In this document: one piece after another, positions 1 through 12,112 of the stretch
Numbering within the stretch: position 1 is the stretch's first letter
How the letters are laid out: each line of letters begins with the position of its first letter
NCBI RefSeq assembly: GCF_006345805.1
Contig: NC_043007.1
Coordinates: 39,928,001-39,992,000 of the forward strand
Length of the DNA: 64,000 bases
From: Octopus sinensis
Taxonomy: Eukaryota
Direction: 5' to 3'
The notes under the pieces: generated by a model
Told to the model about the DNA's origin: nothing
What the model saw: only the letters and a program-made list of their open reading frames with translations
The model's database searches: none
Translations under genes and position numbers: made by a program

Positions 1-345
1 AAAGAAAGAAAAAGAGAAGAAAATGTGTTCCCTGGCTTTCAAATGCTTCCAGCAGAACAAATCAAATTTCCACTCTTCTCTCCTTCAAATCGGGCTCCGA
101 GGTATCCACTTCACACAGACTTTCCAATATCTAACATTTTTTCTAATGCATTGCTATTATATTGTGACTACAGTCTAGTTGCTCGGCAAGTTTGTGTATT
201 GTGATTCACCTGTCCACGCGAATCTATTCGTCAATTTGCTGGTTATTCACGTCAGAGTCAGAAGTTTATGGTCACTGAGTAGTTTTTCTATAATATTGGT
301 TTATCTGTAATGTTAGTTTGTCTTCAATGTTGGTTTTTCCTATAC

Positions 346-475
346 GGCGATGAACTGGCAGAATCGCCTGGCAAAATGCTTTGCGGCATTTCGTTCGTCC
401 TTACGTTTTCTGTTCAAATTGTGCCGAGGCCGATTTTGTCTCTCATCCTTTCGGAGTCGATAAAATAAGTACCAA
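346..475 (+). mobile_element. SINE family B, decayed partial copy
   Basis: Head GGCGATGAACTGGCAGAATCG and body ...TCATCCTTTCGGAGTCGATAAAATAAGTACCA match the other B copies in the window. Confidence 0.75.
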
Positions 476-657
476 TGGACTTAGCCTAACCCCAAAATCT
501 ACTGGGTTTGTAACAAAAGTTGAAACCAATCTTGGTTTGCCCTTCTTTAAACTTGTTCGCCTGTCTGTAAAATGATACTCTTCACAGTGGTGGTATTTCC
601 TTAAACAAACTCCTCCTTCATCAATGGTTTATTATGTTGCTTCAGCTTGGAGGTGAA

Positions 658-980
658 GGAGCACTCTGTCGGTTGCGATGACGAGGCTTCCAGCTGATAC
701 GATCAACGAAACAGCTTGCTCGTGAAATTAATGTGCAAGTGGCTGAGCACTCCACAAACACGTGTATCCTTAACGTAGTTCTCGAGGAGATTCAGCGTGA
801 CACAGTGTGTGACAAGGCTGGACCTTTGAAATACAGGTACTACTCATTTTTGCCAGCTGAGTGGACTGGAGCAACGTTGAAATAAAGTGTCTTGATCAAG
901 GACACAACGCGCCGCTGGTAATTGAACTCACGACCTTACAATCATGAGCCGAATGCCCCTAACCACTAACCCACGCGCTT
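658..980 (-). mobile_element. tRNA-derived SINE family A (CORE-like domain), tail type 3
   Basis: Minus strand has a tRNA-like head (GTGGTTAGGG...GTGAGTTCAATT), then the GTGTCCTTGATCAAGACACTTTATTTC core shared with other A copies, then a distinct tail that recurs at about 36600-36675. Confidence 0.85.
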
Positions 981-1075
981 GGAGGTAGTGCTGGATGAAC
1001 CACTGAGCAATATAATATATATTAGCGACAGAGGCAGTAGCAATACTTAGGACATCAAGGGAAGGGGGTACCCTG

Positions 1076-1373
1076 AGACCCCTTTCGGTCATGAATTACA
1101 ATGGAATTGCACCTAAAAAGTTACCCTCCCTGGCACAAGTCCGGGCAAGGTTGTTTATAGAAGACCAGCAGTCGCCCATGCGTACCGGCCTCCCTCTCCA
1201 CGCCACCAGTGTTATCCAAGGGAAAGGCAAAGGCCGATACAGCTTGGCACCTGTGACGTCGGAACTCATTTCTACAGCTGAGTGAACTTGAGCAACGTGC
1301 AATAAAGTGTCTTGCTCAAGAACACAATACGCAGCCTGATCCGGGATTCGAGCTCACCACCTCGCGATCGTAA
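1076..1373 (-). mobile_element. SINE family A, tail type 1 (5' truncated)
   Basis: Reverse complement closely matches 11776-12112 (GTTCTTGAGCAAGACACTTTATT...CAGGTGCCAAGCTGTATCGG...CATGACCGAAAGGGG). Confidence 0.9.
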
Positions 1374-1646
1374 GGGAGTACTATAGAAACGGTACGTGGT
1401 GTAAGGCACAAAAGAAATAACTTTAAACTTGCTAAAATAATATTCGGGATGCCTTATCTCTTCTAAGCATCGAAGCGAATGTGTCACGTATTATTAATTT
1501 TGAGGATCTGGCCAAAGACTTTGCAATCGAAAAGTAGGAGAAATCTAGTGGAAGTATACAAAAATATACATTATTTTCTATTTTACTATTAGTTTTGTTT
1601 CATTTAAAAAATTAAAATGTATTTTATGGCTTATCATTGCTTATAT

Positions 1647-1877
1647 GTGGAGGCGCGTGGCTTAGTGGTTAGGGTGTTAGCATCATGATCGTAAGATTGT
1701 GGTTTCGATTCCTGAACCGGGCGACGCGTTGTGTTCTTCAGCAAAAGACTTCATTTCACGTTGCTCCAGTTCACTCAACTGGCAAAAATGAGTAAAGCTG
1801 CGATGGACTGGCGTCCTGTCCAGCTGGGGAACACATACGCCAGAGAAACCGAGAAACTAGGCTTTAAAAGGGCGCAT
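1647..1877 (+). mobile_element. SINE family A, tail type 2
   Basis: A-box-like TGGCTTAGTGG and B-box-like GTTTCGATTCC, CORE-like GTGTTCTTCAGCAAAAGACTT, and tail ending GCTTTAAAAGGGCGCAT shared with the 30928 and 55721 copies. Confidence 0.9.
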
Positions 1878-2229
1878 TTTTTTCATTGCTTATATTTCAT
1901 TAAATATATATGGGGACACCAAAATCTTTTGAGTGCTTAGGGTCTCAACGGGCCGTAATCGAGCCCTGCTTGGAAGCGATTGTCCGTCAGTAGATAAGAA
2001 CAACAAGATTTAGTATAGAAGAGTTATTCTAATACGTGCGATGTGAACGGTCCATGTTTGCTAATAAAAAAGTAGTTACGCCTATTTGCGCATTACTTTC
2101 GGTGCAGCATTCAACTGTATTTGATGTTAACCGATATAAATGTACTTGCCTGGTTGGTTGGATTTTCCAAATAGATGATGGCGCGAGGTTTAGAGGTTAT
2201 GAGTATATATGTGTGTGTATGTAGTTCAA

Positions 2230-2460
2230 ATTTACAGAAAAGAAAAGATTAAGACAGGTATAGGAACAACAAACCGGTATATTATTTTAACGCTCGAGAA
2301 TAATGGAAAAGTCTTTTATGTTTCAAACCTACGCTCTTGGACAGGAAGTATTAACAGAGGAACAAAACAGTAAAGAGTGAAAAACCAAAACGGAGAGAGA
2401 AAATAAATTTGTAGAGATTAACGGTTCAACATGATGAAATGGTCGGAAGAAACAGACTGA
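2230..2460 (-). mobile_element. Penelope-like terminal repeat family P1 (decayed)
   Basis: Homologous to 40905-41160 and 46290-46530; contains a degenerate hammerhead-like core at 2313-2348. Confidence 0.6.
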
Positions 2461-2479
2461 ATATATATATGTATATATA

Positions 2480-3648
2480 CTAGCATTATGACCCGTCGTT
2501 GCCGGGTCATAGTGTTAGTGCATGTATATATGTGTATATATATGTGCACATATTACATGTACATCTATATACATATACATCTACACATAAAATACAAAAT
2601 ACAAAGTTATATCTTGATATCGCTAGTGATAACAATACTCAAAATATATAACAGACTGGAATTGTAAGCCTGTCTCTTCCAATTTCGATCAATTGTATCT
2701 TGTCCTCCCTCTCGTATAGAAGTGTGGCTACAATCCAGCCTACCTCAACTTTTTTTGTGGGGGGGGGGGGCATTTTAAATTTTTATCCGGCACGTCCCAT
2801 GTCCCAGATATAAGGTAAAAATAAAATATTTCCACTTTGCAAGTTCGAGTCGAGTACTCCCTTGCACGCTCCGTTGACTCGAACCTGCTTCTATTGTGGC
2901 GAATTTACCGCCTCTGATTAGATATCTTAATAGTCGCACCAAGACACTTTTCGATGGTGCTTTCCTCCAGGTGTTCAAATCTTTTTTCTCTACATTGTAT
3001 ACTTTATAGACAATAGTCTTTTCTTTAATTTAATTTTTTATTATCCATCTGGACTATTCCATTTCTGCACGCTAGTTTTATTTTTAATTTATTCCCATTC
3101 ATGTGAAACCACTTATTCAAGTTCAAGTCACTGATGCAATTTTATACCAATTGCTATTTTTACTTTTGTTATGTTACGATATATTATACTTTAGTTGATT
3201 TTAATTATACTTACTACATATAATTCAATTGTTATTATTATTTTTAATGTTAAAGTGAAAGTATCTGACATAAAATAGAGAAATGTTTTTGTTTCACTTT
3301 TAACACGTAATACTGAAATAGTGGAGAAGATATGATATTGCTATGGGTTCGCTCTAGGCAAGAAGTTGAACATTTTTTTGCCCATGAAACTACATGGGCC
3401 CTAAGTAAGGCATGTGTAAAATTTGAATGAAATTAGTTGTGTAGTTCTCAAGTTTTAGGGAATCGTAGTGGAGAATATATGATATTGCTGTGGGCTCGCC
3501 CTTGGCAAAAAGTTAAATTTTTTGCCGATGACACTCCCGGACCTTAAGTAAAGCATGTGTAAAATTTGAATGAAATTGGTTGTGTAGTTCTCAAGTTTTA
3601 GGGAAACACACAGACAGACAGACACACATTCTCAGTTTTATATATAGA
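2480..3648 (-). mobile_element. Non-autonomous Helitron
   Basis: On the minus strand it starts TCTATATATAAAACTGAG. It ends with a 9-bp-stem hairpin (TATGACCCG/CGGGTCATA, 2487-2511) just before a terminal CTAG followed by T (2480). There is an internal ~148-bp tandem duplication (3320-3610). Confidence 0.8.
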
Positions 3649-3794
3649 GAGAAGAGATATATACATACTTGAGATTATATTATTTCCGTTTTTAAGTTGT
3701 GTGTGAGTGTGTATTTCTGTGCGGGTGCGTACGTGTGTGCGTATGTGTGTGTGTGTGTGTGTGTGTGTGATTCTTTTATTCTTTTATTTCACAG

Positions 3795-4195
3795 CTGTCA
3801 TCAACACCACCACTCCCACCATCAAAATTACCATCATTACCACCTTCATGATGATATGACGATGGCGACGGCGGTGCCGACGATGGCGATGGCAACGTCG
3901 ACGACTAACACGAGCATCCTCAGGACCTCCACCATGGCAACCATCACCACAACCACCATAGCCACATCCACAACCACCACCAACACCACCACAATCCCCA
4001 CTACCACCATCACCACCGCAACCATCACATGTTGATTGTATTGCGCCAGATGGTTGTGGTTGCCGTTGGTGTGATGGTGGTATGGTTGTAGTGGTTGTGC
4101 AGGTAGTGGTGGTAGTGGTGGTCGTTGTGGTGGTGTTTGTGGTTGTTGTGGTGTGGAGATGTTGATTTTGGTTTTTGTGGTAGTGGTGGCGGTAG
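3795..4195. repeat. CAC/GTG-rich low-complexity block, rearranged duplicate of 6148-6688
   Basis: 3795-4029 matches the reverse complement of about 6383-6688; 4030-4195 matches 6148-6327 directly. Confidence 0.85.
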
Positions 4196-4196
4196 C

Positions 4197-4345
4197 GCAT
4201 TTTAGTCGCACAAATGGACCCCAAGACTTATTCGTTGTAAGCTTGGTACTCATTCTATCAGTCTCTTTTGCCGAACTGCTAAGTTACGGGGACATAAACA
4301 CACCGACATCAGTTGTCAAGCGATTGTGGTGGGGGACAAACATGG
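4197..4345 (-). mobile_element. SINE family C, 3' half
   Basis: Matches the C tail (CCGAACTGCTAAGTTACGGGGACATAAACACACC...GTTGTCAAGCGA). Confidence 0.8.
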
Positions 4346-4441
4346 AACAATGACACACATACATAAATTTATGCATATATTATATATATATATATATATA
4401 ATATATGTGTAGGAATATCTGATAGCCTGGTCAGTTACGTG

Positions 4442-4501
<60 letters not shown>

Positions 4502-4508
4502 ATATATA

Positions 4509-4955
4509 TAATTAATCAATATAGGGTGGCAAGGAAAATTTTCCTTGCCCACCCCTATATTGATTAATTATGAATTTTTGGTTAATTCCGTAATGGAATC
4601 GACGGCTGATATTTATTTGCTGCCGATAAATTTGGCGCGGGTGCGACGATTTGAAAATTTTAGGTCAGATATTGCTTGGCAAGATTGGGTATGCCTCGTG
4701 TAAATATCTGTCCCGACTTGAGATATTTCTTGCTGAAGAATCCGAGGGCTTATGGAAGATTGGCTTGATTTAATTTAATCAGGTTAGTTACCATTAAACA
4801 GCGGATGAAACGGTATACCGTACAAGAAATTACAGGGTAAATGTTTTTTTAATTTTCTCCTGTTTACGGAATTAATCTTTATTTGCGGTAGAAGCTTTGG
4901 CTGTTATTTCTAGTGGGTGAATGGCCTATTATGGCCGTTCCTTAATTGTTAATAT
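4509..4955. mobile_element. (TA)n-flanked repeat with terminal fold-back, probably PLE-end derived
   Basis: Left end TTAATCAATATAGGGTGGCAA and right end TTCTAGTGGGTGAATGGCCTATTATGGCCGTTCCTTAATTG match the ends of 46566-46800. Both ends sit in (TA)n. Confidence 0.6.
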
Positions 4956-4974
4956 ATATATAATATATATATAT

Positions 4975-5283
4975 ATCACGTCACGTAACTGACCAGGCTA
5001 TCAGATATTGCTACACATCGCTGGTCACAATGCGCTTCGCATTGTTTTAGCCTTCAAATGACGCCACCCCCGCTGGCTAAGCGAGCAGGCCAACAGAAGA
5101 AAGAGTGAGAGACAGTTGTGGTAAAAGAGTACAGCAGGGATCACCACCACCCACTGCCGGAGCCTCGTGGAGATTTAGGTGTTTTCGCTCAATAAACACT
5201 CACAACGCCCGGTCTGGGAATCGAAACTGCGATCCTACGACTGCGAGTCCGCTGCCCTAACCACTGGGCCATTGCGCCTCCAC
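4975..5283 (-). mobile_element. tRNA-derived SINE family D
   Basis: Head GGAGGCGCAATGGCCCAGTGGTTAGGGCAGCGGACTCGCAGTCG with B-box TTCGATTCCC; closely matches 38400-38700. Confidence 0.9.
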
Positions 5284-5456
5284 ACACACACACACACACA
5301 CACACACATCAACACACAAATTTCCACACGATAGCACGTGATCTCTGCCCTAGGCATGTAGCTTCAACCGTGTTTTTCTGACGTGAATTTGCTACCCAGG
5401 TATCGGTTAACCGAATTATCCATAAGATAATTCATTCAACTACTCAATTATTACTA

Positions 5457-5492
<36 letters not shown>

Positions 5493-5592
5493 TGTATGTA
5501 TGTATGTATACGATAATACGATAGGCTTCTTTTAGTGTCTGTCTAACAAATACACTCACAAGGATATTGTCGGCCCGAGGCTATAGTAGTAA

Positions 5593-5820
5593 GGCGGCGA
5601 GCTGGCAGACACGTTAGCGCGCCGGGCGAAATGCTTAGCGGTATTTCGTCTGTCGTTACGTTCTGAGTTCAAATCCCGCTGAGGTCAACTTGCCTTCCAT
5701 CCTTTCGGGGTCGATAAATAAAGTACCAGTTTCGCACTGGGGGCGATATAATCGACTCAATCCCTTCGTCTGTCCTTGTTTGTCCCCTCTATGTTTAGCC
5801 CCTTGTGGGCAGTAAAGAAA
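5593..5820 (+). mobile_element. SINE family B, single unit
   Basis: GGCGGCGAGCTGGCAG head, CATCCTTTCGGGGTCGATAAATAAAGTACCAG body, TTTAGCCCCTTGTGGGCAGTAAAGAAAT tail. Confidence 0.9.
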
Positions 5821-6147
5821 TATATAGTAGTATTTTTTTCGTTTTTAAGTTTCTCATATTTCTTCTGGTTGTGGTTCTTCAGAACAGTTGATGGAAGTAG
5901 TTCTGTTTGTCAGTGACGCTTTTTTTTTTTTTTTTCTTTCATATTTTACCATAGATCAATCACGTTCGATCAGACACGTGATCAAAGGAATTCGATCCAT
6001 GTCCATCCTATCAGTTTAGAATCAGGTGCCATTCCATTCTCCAATATATCCTTCCTTCCACGGACGGTATATCGGAATCCGAGGAAGATTTCAGTGTTAT
6101 ATTCAATAAGTCGAACGTCTACGAAAATATTTCATTGAACACGCTAC

Positions 6148-7030
6148 TGTTGATTGTATTGCGCCAGATGGTTGTGGTTGCCGTTCTTGTGATGGTGGTA
6201 TGGTTATAATGGTTGTACAGGTAGTGGTGGTCGTGGTGGTAGTAGTGGTGGTCGTTGTGGTGGTCTTTGTGGTTGTTGTGGTGTGGAGGTTGTTGGGTTT
6301 TAGTTTTTATGGTAGTGGTGGCAGTAGTGCTGATTGTGGTGATGTTGGTGGTGGTCGTTATGGAGGTCGTGGTTGCGGTGGTTGTGATGGTAGCGGTGGT
6401 GATGGTGGTAGTGGGGATTGTGGCGGTGTTGGTGGTGGCTGTGGAGGTGGTTGTGATGGTTGTAGTGATGGTTGCCACGGTGGGGGTGCTGAGGGTGCTC
6501 GTGTTAGTCGTCGACATTGTCGTCGACATTGTCGTCGACATTGACGTCGACGTTGTCATCATCATCGTCGTCGTCTTCATCGACACCGGCACCACCGTCG
6601 TCATCGTCGTTGTCATCATAGAGGTGATGATGATGGTAATTTTGATGGTGGGGATGGTGGTGGTGGTGGTGGGTGGTGTTGATGACAGTGTTGAAGATCA
6701 GTATTACAGCAATGGCGGAGGCGTTAGCGGTGGTTATAATAGTGGAGTGGGTGGATGGGTGGGTGAGTGGGTGGTGGCGGTGGTAACAGTGGGTGGGAGG
6801 TGGTGTGAGGAAAGGTTGATGGAAAGTAGGTGCGAAAGGTGTTTGGAAATGTGATGGCGGCGTCGTGTGGCGTGGTGTAGGATTGCGTGGCGTGGAAGCT
6901 GTACGGTTCGGTGACATGTGATGGCGGTGGTATGCTTGCGATGCGATAGCAGTAAGGAACGGTACGGTGTGAAGGTGGTACGGTGTGGCGTGCTAGCTGT
7001 GTGGGGGAGGAGCGGCACGGTCGGAAGGTG
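6148..7030. repeat. GTG/GAT-rich low-complexity tract
   Basis: Degenerate trinucleotide repeats; the overlapping Thr/Val-rich ORFs are compositional. Confidence 0.85.
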
Positions 7031-7149
7031 CTGGAAGACATTTTTAGTCAAGGAATGGCTGGCTTTTTATTGTGCTGGAAGAGGTGGGAGGGGTGAAGTG
7101 ATGGTTGGTTTCAAAAGACTCCATTAACAAGAAACACATCAAAGAGGAG

Positions 7150-8932
7150 ACTTCACTTGGTGTAATATCTGTATCCATTAGTAGACACACACTTACACAC
7201 ACGCACACACAGACACACGCGCACACACAGACGCCACACACGCACACACACAGATGAACATACACACAGAAACGCACAGAAACCACACACACACACACAT
7301 ATATATATATGCATATAAAATTATACACGTACATAGGCTCATACACCTGCATACATACACGCACATTCACACATACACGCATACATATACATATATATAT
7401 ATAATATATATATATATATTCACAATTACATATAATATACACACAGGTATATACATACATATGAGCATATAACATACATATATATATATATAATATATAT
7501 ATAGATATATATATATATATATACATGTCTATACACATATATATGTGTGTTTGTCTATATATATATATATATATATATGCACTCATGATGCAAAATAGTG
7601 CTAAAGAGAGAGGAAGATGCTGGGAGTGGTAAGGAGGTTACGAGGAGAGAAAATGGAAGATAAAGGGCGGAGTCGATGATAAACAGTGGGAATGAGCAAG
7701 AAGGAGGATATACAAGAAATGTGATACGAAGAAAGTGTGGGGCGTTAGTGTAACGGAGAAAAAGAGAGAGAGGGGTGGGAGGGATGGGATACGGTGAAAG
7801 AAAAGGTGGGTAGCAGGAGTGAGGTGGTGAGAGACGGTGTGAAAGAGGTTTGCATGAATGAGGGAGGGGTAGAAAAGACAGTATGTGTGTGTATGTGCGC
7901 GTGCGTGTGTGTGTGTGTGTGTGTGTGTGGTGAGAGAGAGAGAGAGAGAGGGGGGGGGATAGAGACAGTGAAGAGAAAGGAGAAAGGTGAGAGAATGGAT
8001 GAAAGAGAGAATGAACGAAATTGTAAGCTTCAATGAAGAGAAAGGTGAACGGAAAATTAGAGAGAGAGGTTGAGAGAAAGGCTAAGGAGAATGAGCGAGA
8101 GAGAGGAAGAGAAAGAGAGAGAGTAACATACAGACAGTGTGTGTGAGAGAGTGTGTGCTCTTGTGTGTGTATGTGTGTGTGTATGTATGTGTGTGTGTTT
8201 GTGCCTGTGTATGCGTTCGCGGGTGTGTGTTGAAAAAAGAAAGAGAGAAAAATATGCGAGAGGGAGAGAGAGAGACAGGCCGATGGGAAGATGTGAAAAG
8301 ATGAGAATAGACTGATGGAGAGAGAGAGAATGAGAGAGAGAGAGATAGAATGATAGATAGATAGAATGATAGAAGGATAGAATGAGAGAGAGAGAGAAGG
8401 AGAGGGAGAGGTGAGACAGAGAAAGGGAGGGGGGGGAGGAAGAGGAATGTAGATAGACGGTTTGACTGAAATGGAGTAAGGTGGAGAGACAAAGACAAAT
8501 GTTACGAAAGAAAAGTTAAAGGAAGAGGAGAATGTGGTAGAGAAGGGGGGGAAAAGGGGCAGAAGGAGGAGGAGGAGACAATAAGAAGAAAGCAGGGGGA
8601 TTCAGGTAGTGAGAAGAAGCACAGTGAGATAGGAAAAGAAAGATAGAGATACACAGGGAGACAATGAGAGGAGGAGAGAAGAGAAGGAGAAAATGAAGTG
8701 TGAGAGGAAAAAATGGTAAGATAGAGAGGAAACAAAGAATAGTAGGAGGAGAGAGAGAGGGAGAGAGATGGTGAGTGAGAGGGTTTGGTTGAGTGACAAG
8801 ACATTTAGTGGTGTGGAAGAGGTAGAGGAGAAAGTAGGAGGAGAATTAGAGAGAAAAGAATAAGAAGTGAGCTTGAGAAAGGGGGTAAGATTAGAAGACT
8901 ATAAGAGGTGCGATGCATAAGAGAGCAAAAGA

Positions 8933-8965
<33 letters not shown>

Positions 8966-9367
8966 TATATATTTATAAAGATATATATATTTACAAATAT
9001 ACATATAATATATTTATCAATATATATATACAAATATATAATATATATATTTATAAATATATATATGTGTGTGTGTGTGTGTGGGTATTTTAAATATGAT
9101 GGATACGGGGAAGAGAGTCAGAGAGCAGACTGGAGAAGGAAAATAGAAAGAGAATCAGAATTGTGGAGAGAGAGAGAGGATGAGAGAGAGGGGTGAGAGA
9201 GAGGAGAACGGGAAGAGGGATAGGGGGGATAGATGGGGGAGAGAATGGGGGAGAGATGGGGGAAGAGAGAGACACTTGTATATAAAGTTGAAAGGTAAAA
9301 GAGAGGAAGACAAAGACAGAAATTGAAATAAGACGGATAAAGAGTTATGAGAAAAGGAATAGGATCC

Positions 9368-9419
<52 letters not shown>

Positions 9420-9480
9420 GGGGAGAGAGAGGGAGAGAGAGGAGGATTCAGAAAGAGAGGACACTGGGAGAAAGAGAGAC
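7150..9480. repeat. Compound microsatellite and polypurine (GA-rich) tract
   Basis: (CA)n, (TA)n, (GA)n, (GATA)n and long A/G-rich runs are directly visible. Confidence 0.9.
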
Positions 9481-9481
9481 A

Positions 9482-9581
9482 NNNNNNNNNNNNNNNNNNN
9501 NNNNNNNNNNNNNNNNNNNNNNNNNNNNNNNNNNNNNNNNNNNNNNNNNNNNNNNNNNNNNNNNNNNNNNNNNNNNNNNNN
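9482..9581. other. Assembly gap (100 N)
   Basis: Exactly 100 consecutive N, the usual placeholder for a gap of unknown size. Confidence 0.99.
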
Positions 9582-10497
9582 GTGCATGTGTGTATCTGTG
9601 TTTATGGCTTGACGTTTGTTTTAATGCTTTGCCGTTGGTCTTGTCGTTTGCATGTATGTGTGTTTTTGTGTGTGTGTATATATATATACATACATGCATA
9701 CACACATTACTTTGAATGACTTCGTATTTTTTTTTATTTCTTAGTATTTTTATGTAGCCTTTCGTTTTACATTTTTGTTTTGCTTTTACATTTTCACTTT
9801 CACTGTTCTGTTTAGTATTGTTGTTGTTATTTTTTTTTTTGGTTGGGGTGGGTTGGTGGGTGAATGGGTGGTGACGGTCGTTTACGCAAACGCAAGACAA
9901 ACATCGGTTTCACTGCCACTCGTCACGCATGGCTAAACCAACGACCGAGAACGAATTCGATAAGCTGTCATTTGTTTTAGATAGAAAAAAAAAAGGGAAC
10001 GTGGTAAGCAACGAAGGCGAGATAGGAAGAGAGAAGCATGAAACGACCGTAGGAATGAAAAAGGCAAATGAGATGGACGAAGAGATAGAGAGAAACTCAT
10101 AGAAGAGGGAGAGAGAGAGCGTGCGAGAGAGTGTGAGTGAGAGTGTGAGAGAGACGGAGAGAAAGAGAAAGAGAGATGAGAAGATGAGATAAGAAGTCAT
10201 AAGTGACTTCTGTCTCCTCCTCGTCTTCCCTCTCTCTCCTCCCCCTCCCACTCCTCCTCATCTTCCTCCTTCTCCTGCTACCCATTCCAAGCCCCATGTT
10301 CTCTTGTGTTCTTGATTGAAATCTTGAGCTATCAAGCCATTATAATAATGGTGTTTGGAAACGCACTTGTGTACACACACATGCACACACACACATACAA
10401 GCACCACATACGCACACACCACACAGAGGCACACGCGCAAGCACAAACACACGCTTAGAATAACGTACGGACACACATGCGCACACATCTCAACGCT

Positions 10498-10529
<32 letters not shown>

Positions 10530-10686
10530 CCCACACATATATATACACGCGTGCATACGATAAGATACATACAGACACACATGCATACATATATATATAT
10601 ATATATATGCATACATACATAAATACATACATACATTCTCGGACGTAAACACATGCAGACATACATGACATAGAAACATAATCCCG

Positions 10687-10728
<42 letters not shown>

Positions 10729-10935
10729 GCACACATTCAGCTGTACATGTATACAAAAAGACATGCATTCATACATATATATGGACTTGTGTTGTTCGGA
10801 CTGGAATATAATATACACATATGCATATACATGGTCATACATACAATAGCCAATAGTCTGGTCGATTCAGTTATTCAGTGATATCATCATTACTATTCAT
10901 GTATAACATTTAACATTCATGTATAACATGGAGTT

Positions 10936-11150
10936 GTGGAGGCACATGGCTTAGTGGTTAGGATGTTGGACTCATGATCGCAATATTGTGGTTTTGATTC
11001 TTGAATGGGGCGGTGTAATGTGTTCTTGAGCAAAATGTTTCAGTTTCACTGTAGGTGAAAATGAATAATCCTGCGGCGGACCAGCGGACTGGCGGATCGA
11101 CGTCCCCTCCAGGGAGGAATATATAAGTCACACAAACTGGGAAACCGAAT
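10936..11150 (+). mobile_element. SINE family A, decayed
   Basis: GTGGAGGCACATGGCTTAGTGGTTAGG head, GTGTTCTTGAGCAAAA core, tail-2-like end GGGAAACCG. Confidence 0.75.
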
Positions 11151-11309
11151 GATTCTCATGGAGTAACGTGAACTAAATATGGCATGTAGTTAACGACCAT
11201 GTATGATATTCAATCATCATGCATAATATTTAGGATTCACATTCATACATGGGTACTTTGTGAATAACTCACGGAGTAACGACCCTATCCTGTGTAGTTA
11301 TGATTGCCC

Positions 11310-11560
11310 TGTAGTAGGGCATGGTACCCGTTTAAGAACCCCGACAGGAGTCAACTTTCATAAATCTGTATATCTCCTGTAGGTATGCGTTAGTTCCACC
11401 TGGTAGACAACGACAAACTAGTGTATTGGCAGGAGAACATTGTAGCTATGCAGATGATCATCTGTTTTGACATTGGACAGGCACACATCCTCTCGTATGG
11501 AGACACCTACATGCTTACATGAAGAGTTGCACCCCGCCCTTCACATAAGCATCAATGACG
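11310..11560 (+). mobile_element. Degenerate reverse-transcriptase fragment, Penelope-like
   Basis: One frame reads ...SYADDHLF*HWTGTHPL...MKSCTPPFT, resembling PLE RT YIDD-IF-IWTG...HP-I-FT. An upstream GGCATGGTACCCGT resembles a frameshifted AMGTR motif. Confidence 0.4.
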
Positions 11561-11775
11561 AACGATGAATGGCAAAGTTGATATCTGCTATTTTTTCGGA
11601 TTTCTTAAAATTATTTTCTTTTGCAGAATTCAAAGAATTCAAAGCAACAAAGCTCTGAGCCTTTATTACATAACTTAATATAGCTCTTAGTTTGCGCAGG
11701 CACGCGCGTGTCTGTGAGTAAACTTGCATGTATGTCTATATATACATACATATATATACATATATATATTCGATT

Positions 11776-12112
11776 GTGAAGGCGCATGGCTCAGTGGTTA
11801 GAGCGTCGAGCTTTCGATCGTGAGGTTGTGACTTCGAATCCCGGATCAGGCTGCGTGTTGTGTTCTTGAGCAAGACTCTTTATTTCACGTTGATCCAGTT
11901 CACTCAACCGTAGAAATGAGTTGTGACATCACAGGTGCCAAGCTGTATCGGCTGTTGTCTTTCCCTTGGATAACACTGGTGGCGTGGAGAGCTGAGGCCG
12001 GTATGCATGGGCGACTGCTGGTCTTCCATAAACAACCTTGCCCGGACTTGTGCCCTGGGAGGGTAACTTTTTAAATGCAATCCCACGGTCAGTCATGACC
12101 GAAGGGGGTCTC
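11776..12112 (+). mobile_element. SINE family A, tail type 1 (full length)
   Basis: tRNA-like head GGCGCATGGCTCAGTGGTTAGAGCG...CTTCGAATCCC, CORE-like domain, and a tail matching 1076-1373. Confidence 0.92.

Noticed and set aside
2775-2978. Pif1 helicase-like motif (WRKAP...RLLRYL..GGK) inside the Helitron
   Set aside because: The resemblance is too short and weak to call by eye; left for the search proposed in the findings.
11776-11855. tRNA genes at SINE heads
   Set aside because: A/B-box-like motifs are present, but there is no closed acceptor stem and each head continues into a shared SINE body.
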